The notes under the pieces were generated by a model, which did not search any database, was not told the DNA's origin, and saw only the letters and a list, made by a program, of their open reading frames with translations. A stretch of DNA of 64,000 nucleotides, taken from Acidobacteriota bacterium (GTDB lineage Bacteria > Acidobacteriota > UBA6911 > RPQK01 > JAJDTT01). Position numbers and translations under genes: made by a program. Shown piece by piece: positions 20,475 through 29,393 of this stretch (the stretch's first letter is position 1; every line of letters begins with the position of its first letter). The stretch spans positions 544,001 to 608,000 of the forward strand of contig OZ253580.1 of assembly GCA_965263035.1 (NCBI GenBank), read 5' to 3'.

Positions 20475-20489
20475 GACGACTCCCGGCCC
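20473..20489. repeat. 17-bp inverted repeat, right copy (ATGACGACTCCCGGCCC)
   Basis: Exact reverse complement of 19373-19389; covers the RBS and start of the dsbA-like gene on the minus strand. Confidence 0.85.
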
Positions 20490-20652
20490 TGAACTTCGAG
20501 TTCCGGTTCAGTCTACTACGACAGGAAGACGAGGAGTTAGGAGGGAGTCATTACTCGGTTAAACCCGAGTAGCCCGGTGACCTGATCGGGGAACAATTGG
20601 ATGCGGTGCTCATGCAAATTGACGGTGGAGACGGGCGTCTGATAGCTTGTAT

Positions 20653-20695
20653 GTATAAATGTTTATACGTGTATGTGTGGAACGTGTGGAACGTG
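20653..20695 (+). promoter_or_regulatory. Putative operator/promoter of the RHH-PIN toxin-antitoxin locus
   Basis: Palindrome GTATAAA-TG-TTTATAC (20653-20668) followed by tandem GTGTGGAAC x2 (20675-20692), just upstream of the antitoxin ATG. Confidence 0.5.
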
Positions 20696-20699
20696 ACCG

Positions 20700-20936
20700 A
20701 TGATTCGATGGAGCCTTTCCATTCCGGAAGCAACAGACCGGGCAGTCCGTATGCATCTTGCCCGCAATGGTGGCAGGAAAGGGGATCTATCCCGGTTTGT
20801 CGATGAAGCCGTGCGGCGCCGGATTTTCGACCTGACTGTTGGCCAGGTCAAGGACCGCAATGCGCGATACGACCAACGAGAAATCCTCGACCTGATCGGC
20901 GAAGAGTTGAACGCCGCGCGTGCGGGTCATTCTTGA
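20700..20936 (+). CDS. Ribbon-helix-helix antitoxin
   Basis: 78 aa; IRWSLSI strand followed by helices (DLSRFVDEAV); overlaps the PIN gene start. Confidence 0.75.
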   Translation: MIRWSLSIPEATDRAVRMHLARNGGRKGDLSRFVDEAVRRRIFDLTVGQVKDRNARYDQREILDLIGEELNAARAGHS

Positions 20937-21335
20937 TACGAAATTCCTGATCGGCGCTCTGATCACCAAGGGAACACCGCCGGACAGGTTGTATCGGGCT
21001 TGGTTGCGTGGCGAGTTGGAACTTGTGACATCCATGGCGCAACCGGCTGAATTGGCCAACGTTTTGTTCGGCCCCGCCTCCAAAGGTTTCCCGACGCAGA
21101 TGAAGCATCAGCCATCGTCCAGAATATCGGCACACCAGCTGTGATCCTTGACCAGCCGCCACAAGTGAACCTGTCTCCTGATCCCAAGGACAATCCGATT
21201 TTAGCCGCGGCAATCGCCGGTCGGGTCGACCTGATCGTTTCGGGCGACGAAAAATACATGCTTGCACTCCGGGAAGTGGAAGGCATCCCCGTCGTGACCG
21301 CCCGCGAAGCCCTGGCACTCCTCCGTAACATCTGA
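20920..21335 (+). pseudogene. PIN-domain (PIN_3/VapC-like) toxin, frameshifted near 21067
   Basis: MRVILDT start; after a one-base shift it reads RPRLQRF...DPKDNPILAAAIAGRVDLIVSGD; DTK replaces the usual DTN. Confidence 0.8.
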
Positions 21336-21405
21336 TCCAGCAAAGTCCATTTCGGCGAACAAGCCACGATTCGTGGCCAGATTCCTCCCCTGGAACCTCG
21401 AACAG

Positions 21406-22650
21406 CTACAGCCGGGTGACCCGGACCCGCAGGAAGAGGCAGTAGAGAGCGACCCCTCCCAGCAAAGCGCTCCCCACCAGCAGGGCGAAGGGCGCAGAAA
21501 TGCGGGAGGCCAGTAGTCCCGCCACCAGGTTTCCGACCGGCATGCCTCCCCTCATGGCCAGATTGAAGATGCTCAAGACCCGCCCGCGCATCTCTTCCGT
21601 CACACCCTCCTGGACCAGCGACATGATTGAGGAAAACAGCACCATCAGGCAGACGCGGCAGAGGAAGAGAAGCAGAAGCCCGATGTAGAGATTCGTGGAA
21701 ACCGCGAAAAGGGCCAAGAGCACCGCCAGGACGACCTGAACCTGCAGGCTGAACCGGCCTCTATGGCTCATCCATCCCAGGTTGGCCGAGATCAGGGCAC
21801 CCACTACGGCTCCAATGCCGGAGCAGGTCATCATGCCGGCGTACCCCTCGGAACCCAGACCGAAGACGTCCCGGGCGTAGACCGGCAGGAGAATCGTCAT
21901 GGGCAGGGCGCTGAAGGTCAGGACGAAGCCCAGAAGGCTCAATTGCCAGAGCGCCTTGCGAGCACGGACGAAACGGAGACCATTCCGGATCCCGACCCAG
22001 ACCGTCTCATTCCGGACAACGGGCCGGAAGCTGCTCTTGACCAGGTAGAGAGTGCAGATCACCGCCACGAAAGAGAGCCCGTTGATTCCGAAACAGGCGA
22101 CGGCGCCGTACGAGGTCATGACCAGTCCCGCCAGAACGGGTCCGATCACCAGCGCCAGATTGAACTGGATCGAATTCAGCGCGATCGCGTTGGCCAGGTC
22201 CCGGCGCTTCACGAGCCCCGCCATCAGAGCCGGGTAGGCTGGAGCCCCGAACGCCTGGGCCGTCCCCACCAACGTCACCAGGACCAGGAAGTGCCACAGT
22301 TGGGCCACCCCGGCGAAGACCAGGAGCGTCAGGATGAATGCCGAGACCATCTGGCCGTACTGGGAAAAGAGCAGAAGCTTTCTTCGATCCATCCGATCGG
22401 CGGCGGCTCCTCCCAAAAGGGACAGCAGGACGATGGGCAACTGGGACAGAAAGCCGATCAAGCCGAGATAGAAGGGGGAGTTGGTCAGGGTGAGGACCAG
22501 CCAGGACTGGGCCGTCGTCTGCATCCAGGTCCCAGTGGCGGAGGTGCAGGCGCCGATCCAGATCAGCCGGTAGTCCCGGTAGCGGAAGGCCTGAAAGGTC
22601 CGCAGAAAAATGCCCGGTCTGGATTGAGGATCCGCTTCCGAGTCTCCCAT
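21406..22650 (-). CDS. MFS transporter (H+ antiporter-3/EntS-like)
   Basis: About 12 hydrophobic segments; GGAAADRMDRRK motif A, ANAIALNS and EEMRGRV; start probably MGDSE at 22650. Confidence 0.9.
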   Translation of the reverse strand: MGDSEADPQSRPGIFLRTFQAFRYRDYRLIWIGACTSATGTWMQTTAQSWLVLTLTNSPFYLGLIGFLSQLPIVLLSLLGGAAADRMDRRKLLLFSQYGQMVSAFILTLLVFAGVAQLWHFLVLVTLVGTAQAFGAPAYPALMAGLVKRRDLANAIALNSIQFNLALVIGPVLAGLVMTSYGAVACFGINGLSFVAVICTLYLVKSSFRPVVRNETVWVGIRNGLRFVRARKALWQLSLLGFVLTFSALPMTILLPVYARDVFGLGSEGYAGMMTCSGIGAVVGALISANLGWMSHRGRFSLQVQVVLAVLLALFAVSTNLYIGLLLLFLCRVCLMVLFSSIMSLVQEGVTEEMRGRVLSIFNLAMRGGMPVGNLVAGLLASRISAPFALLVGSALLGGVALYCLFLRVRVTRL

Positions 22651-22717
22651 GGCGCGGGTATTATGCAACGCAAGGCTGTCCCCTGCCGCAGACGGCGACA
22701 GCAGACGGCGCGGACTC

Positions 22718-23818
22718 TCACGAGGAAAAGAGAAACTCCACCACGTCTCCGTCCTGAATCTCGTATTCCCTGCCCTCGGTGCGGATCAGGCCCTTCTGGT
22801 GCATCTCTTTCCAGTTCCCGATCCCGCACAGCTCCGGGCCGGACGCCACCTGGGCGCGGATGAATCCCTGTTCCATGTCGGTATGGATCTTCCCGGCCGC
22901 CCGGACGGCCGGTGTGCCCCGGGGAATCTCCCAGGCCCGGAGCTTGTTCCGGGCGATGGTGTAGAAGGTCACCAGATCCAGAAGTTGAAAACCCTTTCTG
23001 ATCAGGCGCTCGGGGCCCGAAGACGGCAAGTCCAATTCATCCAGGAACTCTTCCCTTTCCTCCGGCTCCAACTGCTGGAGCTCATGATCCAGGGATGCCG
23101 AAACCACCAGAACCGAGGTTGGGCCGAACCGAGCCACCTCCTCCATGAGCGACCGGACGCAGGGGGGGGCCTCCCCAAGCGAATAGTCCTCCTCGGCGAC
23201 GTTAGCCACGTAGACGACGGGCTTACCCGTCAACAGGCCCAGCCCCTTGAGCCGCCGTCGCGCCGGGGATTCCAGGTTCAGCGACCTGAGGGGAACCCCC
23301 TCTTCCAGGCATCGTTGGAAATGAAGGAACTGCTCCTTCTTCCGTGCGTGAGTCCGGGGATCGGTCCTCCAGGTGTTCCGCTGCTTGGAGACGATCCGGT
23401 CGAGGACCTCCAGATCGGCCAGCAACAGCTCCGTTTCCACCACTGACACGTCCCGTACTGGGTCCACCCGATCCAGGACGTGGACGATATCCGGGTCCGG
23501 GAAGCAGCGGACCAGATGGATGAGAGCGTCGACCTGCCGGATGTGCCCGAGGAACTGGTTGCCGAGGCCCTCGCCCCGGCTGGCTCCCCGGACCAGACCG
23601 GCAATGTCGATGAACTGGACGAAGCAGGGGGTGCACTCGCTGGGCGCCAGCAGCCGCTCCAGTTCCAGGAGCCTCGGGTCCGGAACCGGCACCTGGCCCA
23701 CGTTCTGGTCGATGGTGGCAAAAGGATAATTGGATACGCCGGCCGCTCCCGAGGTCAACGCGTTGAAGAGGGTGGACTTGCCCACGTTGGGCAGACCGAC
23801 GATCCCCAGTGAGAGCAT
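22718..23818 (-). CDS. ychF: Redox-regulated ATPase YchF (Obg family)
   Basis: GIVGLPNVGKSTLFNALT, NYPFATI, DIAGLVRGAS and AAGKIHTD motifs; C-terminal TGS domain. Confidence 0.95.
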   Translation of the reverse strand: MLSLGIVGLPNVGKSTLFNALTSGAAGVSNYPFATIDQNVGQVPVPDPRLLELERLLAPSECTPCFVQFIDIAGLVRGASRGEGLGNQFLGHIRQVDALIHLVRCFPDPDIVHVLDRVDPVRDVSVVETELLLADLEVLDRIVSKQRNTWRTDPRTHARKKEQFLHFQRCLEEGVPLRSLNLESPARRRLKGLGLLTGKPVVYVANVAEEDYSLGEAPPCVRSLMEEVARFGPTSVLVVSASLDHELQQLEPEEREEFLDELDLPSSGPERLIRKGFQLLDLVTFYTIARNKLRAWEIPRGTPAVRAAGKIHTDMEQGFIRAQVASGPELCGIGNWKEMHQKGLIRTEGREYEIQDGDVVEFLFSS

Positions 23819-23869
23819 TGGATCATTCTAGAGGAAAGAGGAAAGAGGTAAAGAGGGAAAGATGTGGCG

Positions 23870-26575
23870 TCATGGAGCGTTGCCCAGGGAGAGGAGATTG
23901 GCCCAGAGTCGAAAGGCGCCGGGTACACCGGCTGGGAGTTGCCGGAAGAATCCCAGGCCCGTGTAGACGTAGGTTCCCTTGCCATAGCGGGCGACGACCA
24001 AGGCTCCCCGCTTGACCTCCGGGTTGTAGGGGAAAGGATCCTGCAGCTCGAGCAGCGGCCGATAGGCCGGATCCCATTCTCCCAGGAAGTAGAGACCCCG
24101 TTCCTGGACCCATCCCTCCCAATCGGCATCGGTGATGGTGTTCGGCCAGTTCAGGACGGGATGATCGGGCTCCAGAACACGCACCGGCGACGTCTCGTCG
24201 GTGACCCGGTCGTGGGGACGGTGAATGCGTGCCGGATAGGGGCCGTACTGCTCCCGGTTGAACTCGTACTTGTTGTATTGAACCACCAGATGGCCTCCCT
24301 GGCGCACGTATTCCAGGAGCCGATGGTTGTTGGATCTCAGATCCGCGCGATTCAGGTAGGCTCGGACCCCGGTCACGATGACGTCGAAACCGGACAGGTC
24401 ACCCTCGGCCAGATCCGAGGCGTCCAAATACGTGAGTTCCAGTCCCAGATCTTCGATGGCGGCTGGGACCTGGTCGCCGACTCCCATCACGTAGCCGACC
24501 CGGACCGGGGCCACCTTCACGTCGAACGCCTGGACCAGCGACCGGGCTTGCCGATAGAGGTGCCGGGTCTCGACGTGGTGGTAGTCGATGGACCGGTAGC
24601 CCTGGGAGTAGGTCCTGGCTCCGACTCTCGCCCGGGCCTCGAGCCGGTAGCTGCCCGGCTCGAGACCCTGCGGAGGTTCCACTTCATAGGTGACGGAGGC
24701 GGTTTCCCCCTCCCGCCGGAACGACAGATCGCGAGTCCGGGGCTGCACCCGCCAGCCCTCCGGCGCCAGCAGCTCCACGCGCGTCTCAAGACTCCCGCGG
24801 CGCTCGTTCTCTACCCGGACATGAAAGGTTTTCCCTTGCGCGGCGCCCGGAACGAAGATCCGGACCTCCGGTTCCAGGCCGAGAGTCACTTCGGGCACCA
24901 CCTGGAGTTCCCGACGGCGCTCGCCGCCGATCACCGGGTCGAACCAGCGGTACTGGACCGGAAGCTCCAGACCGGCCTCGACGCCGTCCGAGACATAAGT
25001 GACCCGGGCCTTCAGGGCCGGTGGACTCACCGCCTCCACGCCGCTGAAGCCCCCGCGAACCGAAAAAAGATCGATTTTCGAATCGCGCCGAAACCAGTAC
25101 GGCTGCGTGTAGCCGGCTTCGGCCGGGACCGTGACCCGGAACTCGCCGGTAGAACCGGATCGGCCCACCCTGCGGACGTTCCAATCCCCGGTGCCCGACA
25201 ACTGCACCGAGCGCAGGCGAGCCGGATTCCCGGAACGGCTCAGAAAGCGGACCTGGACCGAAACTTCTTCACCCGGATTGACGCGTCCGTCCCGGCTCTG
25301 CCGGACCAGTGCGTCCAGGTAGATGAAGCTCCCCTTGCCGGCGGCCGCAAGCAAGTCCTGCTCTTTTGCGCGAAGAAGAAATCGAGCCTCGGCATTGCCG
25401 GTTTGGGCCGCCAATTCCCGGACCAGCGCCAAGCCCTGCATGACGCCGGCCGCTGACTGCTCGATGCGAGACTCGGCGTAGTCGTCGCGGATCTGCCGGA
25501 TCAGCCGCCGGAGGCTCTCCAAGCCGCCGGTCAAATCCGGGTCATGCCGGGCCACTCTTCCCCATGAGACATCGAGGCCGCCGAAGAAACCGGTCCCGTC
25601 CTTCAACTCCGTATTGCCCTTGATCAGCCGGTAGTAAGCCGTCCGCGATCCCGGCTCGGGCAAAATGTTCATCCCCTGGCAACGGTGGCTGCTCCGGGCC
25701 CGGGCACCGAACTCGGCGTAGGATTCTCCCAACAGCGGGTCGTAGTCGCCCACTTCGATGGCGGCTGGGCGACCCGGGCCGGAGCGCCCGTCCCCCCAAG
25801 CCCAACCCACGCCCGGGGCTTGAAAGAGCCGGGAGGGCCGCCAAGCCCGGAGGCCCTCCTCGATCTGCTCCGGGAAACGAGAGTCATCCGACGCCAGCTC
25901 GAAAGCTCGCGCGGCCAGTCGCGCCGACGCCTGATGATGTTGTCCTCCACCCGCACCGCGAGGGTTGAGGGTCAAGATCACGTCGGGCCGAAACTCCCGG
26001 ATCACCCGGACCACGTCCCGCAGCACCTCCTCGCCCCAGCGCTCCAAGGTCTCCTCGACGCTGAAGGAGTAGCCGAACTCATAGGCCCGTGTGAAGTACT
26101 GGCGGGCGCCGTCGAAGCGGTGAACCCGCATGAGTTCCTGGGTCCTGAGCACTCCCAGGGCTTCGAACAGCTCCGGGCCGATCTCGTTCTGTCCCCCGTC
26201 GCCCCGGGTCAGGCTCAGAAGCGCGGTGCGGATCCCGAGCCCGCGGCTCACCTTGGCCAGGACGGCATTGTTCTCGTCGTCGGGGTGGGCCGTGATGTAA
26301 AGGAGAGAGCCCGTGGTCGGGAGACGCCGCAGGGCCAGGCCGAAACCGGTCAGCCCCTGGTCCTCTTCCAGCTCCGGCGGAGTCGCGGCCAGGAGCAGGG
26401 AGAACCCCGGCAGCAGCAGAAGCCCCGCCAGACAAACCAATACGCTTCGGGATCGTGCTGTCTCGTGGCGGTCGATATCGAGTCTCTCGGGATCCATAGA
26501 TTGAACTCTCGGGACTGGGAACAGGATCGTGTATGCAGCCGCCGGCGCGGCCCAGGACCAAACCTGTAGAATCAT
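23870..26575 (-). CDS. Large PIG-L/LmbE family deacetylase with Ig-like and C-terminal glutamine-amidotransferase-like domains
   Basis: AHPDDE, LTRGDGGQN, GQHHQAS, WVQERGLYF and FFRQLPAGVPGA motifs; true start may be 26497. Confidence 0.88.
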   Translation of the reverse strand: MILQVWSWAAPAAAYTILFPVPRVQSMDPERLDIDRHETARSRSVLVCLAGLLLLPGFSLLLAATPPELEEDQGLTGFGLALRRLPTTGSLLYITAHPDDENNAVLAKVSRGLGIRTALLSLTRGDGGQNEIGPELFEALGVLRTQELMRVHRFDGARQYFTRAYEFGYSFSVEETLERWGEEVLRDVVRVIREFRPDVILTLNPRGAGGGQHHQASARLAARAFELASDDSRFPEQIEEGLRAWRPSRLFQAPGVGWAWGDGRSGPGRPAAIEVGDYDPLLGESYAEFGARARSSHRCQGMNILPEPGSRTAYYRLIKGNTELKDGTGFFGGLDVSWGRVARHDPDLTGGLESLRRLIRQIRDDYAESRIEQSAAGVMQGLALVRELAAQTGNAEARFLLRAKEQDLLAAAGKGSFIYLDALVRQSRDGRVNPGEEVSVQVRFLSRSGNPARLRSVQLSGTGDWNVRRVGRSGSTGEFRVTVPAEAGYTQPYWFRRDSKIDLFSVRGGFSGVEAVSPPALKARVTYVSDGVEAGLELPVQYRWFDPVIGGERRRELQVVPEVTLGLEPEVRIFVPGAAQGKTFHVRVENERRGSLETRVELLAPEGWRVQPRTRDLSFRREGETASVTYEVEPPQGLEPGSYRLEARARVGARTYSQGYRSIDYHHVETRHLYRQARSLVQAFDVKVAPVRVGYVMGVGDQVPAAIEDLGLELTYLDASDLAEGDLSGFDVIVTGVRAYLNRADLRSNNHRLLEYVRQGGHLVVQYNKYEFNREQYGPYPARIHRPHDRVTDETSPVRVLEPDHPVLNWPNTITDADWEGWVQERGLYFLGEWDPAYRPLLELQDPFPYNPEVKRGALVVARYGKGTYVYTGLGFFRQLPAGVPGAFRLWANLLSLGNAP

Positions 26576-26595
26576 ATGGCGCTTACAGGCATTAC

Positions 26596-27355
26596 TTGAC
26601 GACTACAATTCCGGTGCCACGCTCGGCCTATCGGCCCACGTTTCGGCACCCAGGGCAACAACCCCGGCCCTGAGAATGTTCAGGGCCCCGTTCTCGTCCC
26701 TGTCCATCCTGAGTCCGCAGGCTGCGCAAGCGCACCGTTCGCTTCGCCCGGGCCGGTTCCTGGCCCCACACCGGTGGCAGTCCTGCGACGTGTATTTCGG
26801 GTCCACTTCCACGAACTCCCGCCCGGCCCACTCTGCCTTGTACTGGAGTTGATTGCGCAAAAGCCCCCAGGATTGCGTGAGGATCTCCCGATTCAGGCCC
26901 TTCCTCTTGAGGCCCTTGGTGGTCATCCCCCTGACGTTCAGTGTCTCGACGGCGATGAGTCCGTGAGAACGGACGATCCGAGTCGTGGCCCGGTGGCACG
27001 CATTCCGGTTCCCGACCCGCTCGCGGTAGCGGAGCCGTGCCAGTTGCCGGACCCGCTTCTTTCGGCGGTTCGATCCCCGCTTGCAACGGGCCACCCTTCG
27101 CTGCTGACGCTTGATCTCCGGCCAGTCGCGGCGCTGGCGTTCGATCCGTTCCCCGCTGGACAAGACGGCCCGTTTGCGGACTCCAAGGTCGATCCCCACC
27201 GCAGAGTCACATCGGGGCAACGGTTCCTTCTCGACCTCGTAGACCAGATCCACGTAGACCCGGTTGGGCTTGCGGACGATCCGCAGGGCCTTCAACGGGC
27301 AGCCGGCCGGCAAGGGACGGGACGGAAAGATGCGGATCGTCGGGAACCCTTTGGG
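26596..27355 (-). mobile_element. IS200/IS605-family remnant: right end intact, left end lost
   Basis: tnpB 3' portion followed 3 nt after its stop by TCAA (26599-26596), a typical IS200/IS605 right-end tetranucleotide; no tnpA or left end seen. Confidence 0.7.
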
Positions 27356-27385
27356 CTCGATTCCCCACTTTCTCGCTACGATCAT
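26603..27385 (-). pseudogene. tnpB: 5'-truncated TnpB RNA-guided endonuclease
   Basis: RuvC-I GIDLG, RuvC-II IAVETL, Zn finger CHRCG..CAACG and RuvC-III DRDENGALNI present; only 260 aa; the first ~10 codons come from a MITE end. Confidence 0.85.
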
Positions 27386-27403
27386 TTCTACCGCGCAGAC
27401 TCC
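27356..27403 (+). mobile_element. MITE half-copy (48 bp, one terminal repeat)
   Basis: CTCGATTCCCCACTTTCTCGCTACGATCATTTCTACCGCGCAGACTCC matches the 3' end of 4171-4331 with one mismatch. Confidence 0.85.
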
Positions 27404-27452
27404 TGGCTTTGTCTATAATCTCCAATCATATCAGTCTCGGAACGGAGGAGGC

Positions 27453-28289
27453 ATGGGCGACTCCTATTGGGCGGCGGCGGTTCAGATGACCTCGGGAGAG
27501 GACAAGGAACGCAACCTGGAGACCGCCGAGCGGCTGGTCCGGGAGGCGGCCGAGCGGGGAGCCCGGCTGGTGGCCCTGCCCGAGCTCTTCAACTGTCTGG
27601 GCCGCAAGGAGCAGGTGATCCGGGCCGCCGAGCCGGTACCGGGTCCCACCAGCCAGAGGATGGGTGACCTGGCGCGCCATCTCCGGATCACGTTGTTGGC
27701 CGGCAGCATCTGTGAGCGGGCCGAGGGCCGCGACCGGGTCTTCAACACCAGCCTTCTGTTCGACGACTCGGGAACCCTCCTGGCGCGTTACTGCAAGATC
27801 CACCTCTTCGACGTGAACCTGCCGGGGCGGGTGTGCTACCAGGAATCGAGCTGGATCGCCCCCGGCCGCGAAGTCGTCTCCGCCGATACGGACCACGGCC
27901 GTCTGGGCTTGTCCATCTGCTACGACCTGCGCTTTCCCGAACTTTACCGGCAGCTGGTCCGCCAGGACTGCCGGATAATGTTGGTCCCTTCCGCCTTCTC
28001 GCTACCGACCGGACGGGATCACTGGGAGGTCCTGTTGCGAAGCCGCGCCATCGAGAACCAAGCCTACGTCGTGGCTCCCAACCAGTGGGGTCAACACACG
28101 CCCGGATTCGCCACCTGCGGCCGCTCTGCCATCATCGATCCCTGGGGCGTCCCCCTGGCCGTGGCTCCTGACGGCGAAGGCGTGATCCTGGCCCGGCTGG
28201 ATGCCCGGCGTCAGGAAACCATTCGGCGGGAACTCCCTGCCCTGAGCCACCGCCGACTTGACCCCGACGGCCCGATTAGGCCAAGATGA
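27453..28289 (+). CDS. Carbon-nitrogen hydrolase (Nit1/YbeM-like)
   Basis: LPE, YCKIHLFD and ICYDLRFPE catalytic Glu-Lys-Cys motifs; RAIENQ; GGAGG RBS before ATG at 27453. Confidence 0.92.
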   Translation: MGDSYWAAAVQMTSGEDKERNLETAERLVREAAERGARLVALPELFNCLGRKEQVIRAAEPVPGPTSQRMGDLARHLRITLLAGSICERAEGRDRVFNTSLLFDDSGTLLARYCKIHLFDVNLPGRVCYQESSWIAPGREVVSADTDHGRLGLSICYDLRFPELYRQLVRQDCRIMLVPSAFSLPTGRDHWEVLLRSRAIENQAYVVAPNQWGQHTPGFATCGRSAIIDPWGVPLAVAPDGEGVILARLDARRQETIRRELPALSHRRLDPDGPIRPR

Positions 28290-28380
28290 CACTCAGTTCA
28301 TGCGTTTTTTTGCCCGTTCGTTCTTGGGCAATCGTCCCGCGTCGCACCGAGAACGAGTGTCCTTCAACAAGGGGTGAATC

Positions 28381-29313
28381 ATGAAAAGATCGATGAGCCT
28401 GATCGTCGCCGCCGTCGTGCCGTTTCTCTTCGCGACGCCGGACCTCCCGGCCAAGAAAATGAAGCCGGAGGAATTGATCGCGCAACATCTGAAGTCCATC
28501 GGCGAAAACCCGGCCCGGAAGAATCGGGTCGCCCAGGGATTGGGCACCATGGACATCCGGGTGGGAGGCCAGGGGAAGCTGGGCGGGCCCGCAATGCTAC
28601 TGGCAGAGGGGGACAAGCTCCGGACCGACTTCAATTTCGGCCATACCCAGTACCCTCGGGAACTTCTCATCCGAAACGGGGACAAGGTGGACATCGCCTA
28701 CATCAGTCCGGGCATCCGCTCCCAGTTGGGGAGAACGCTCTGGAACGACTTCCCGCGTCTGGCTCAAGAAGGACTCTACGGAGGGGTTCTCTCCACCGAC
28801 TGGGCGCTGCTGGACCTGAGGAAGAGGCGGGCCAAGGTCCGCTACCGGGGACTCAAGAAGTTGGAAGGGAAAAGGTTTCATGAGCTGGAGTACAGACCCA
28901 AGAAGGGGGTGGACTACAAGATCCGGCTCTATTTCGAGCCCGAGACCTTCCGCCACGTAGCCAGCCACTACAGACTGGTCGTCCCCGACGGAATGGGACG
29001 GGGGCTGGTCGACATTGGAGGACGTGGCACAGTTGGAGCAGGCGGTCCGGGGATCGGCGCTAACTCAGGTCAAGCACCAGGCGGGAGCCGGCGTGAGATC
29101 GGGACCCAGACCGGTCCGGGGTCCCGAAGCTACATCAATCTGACGGAGACGTTCTCGGACTTCAAGGAAGTCGACGGTCTGACTCTGCCGTATCACTACA
29201 AGATCACCCTCAACTTCGATGCCGCCGACTCTTTCGTCGGACACTGGGAGATCAAGATCGACCGCATGTCGCACAATCGTCAGATCGCCGCCAAGGCCTT
29301 CGCCATCAAGTAG
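28381..29313 (+). CDS. Secreted protein, possibly LolA-like fold, paralog 1
   Basis: Signal peptide; IRLYFEPETFRHV and FSDFKEVDGLTLP segments; tandem paralog of the next two genes. Confidence 0.8.
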   Translation: MKRSMSLIVAAVVPFLFATPDLPAKKMKPEELIAQHLKSIGENPARKNRVAQGLGTMDIRVGGQGKLGGPAMLLAEGDKLRTDFNFGHTQYPRELLIRNGDKVDIAYISPGIRSQLGRTLWNDFPRLAQEGLYGGVLSTDWALLDLRKRRAKVRYRGLKKLEGKRFHELEYRPKKGVDYKIRLYFEPETFRHVASHYRLVVPDGMGRGLVDIGGRGTVGAGGPGIGANSGQAPGGSRREIGTQTGPGSRSYINLTETFSDFKEVDGLTLPYHYKITLNFDAADSFVGHWEIKIDRMSHNRQIAAKAFAIK

Positions 29314-29393
29314 ATCTCGGAATCGATTCGAAGGAAGGGGCTCTCCGCGGAGGCTTCGGGACGTGTTGTGTGCCTAGCGCCTCAGAAGGATTG

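Noticed and set aside
23870-26575. PIG-L protein as BshB partner of bshA
   Set aside because: It is a large, signal-peptide-bearing multidomain LmbE-type protein 34 kb away, unlike the small cytoplasmic BshB enzymes
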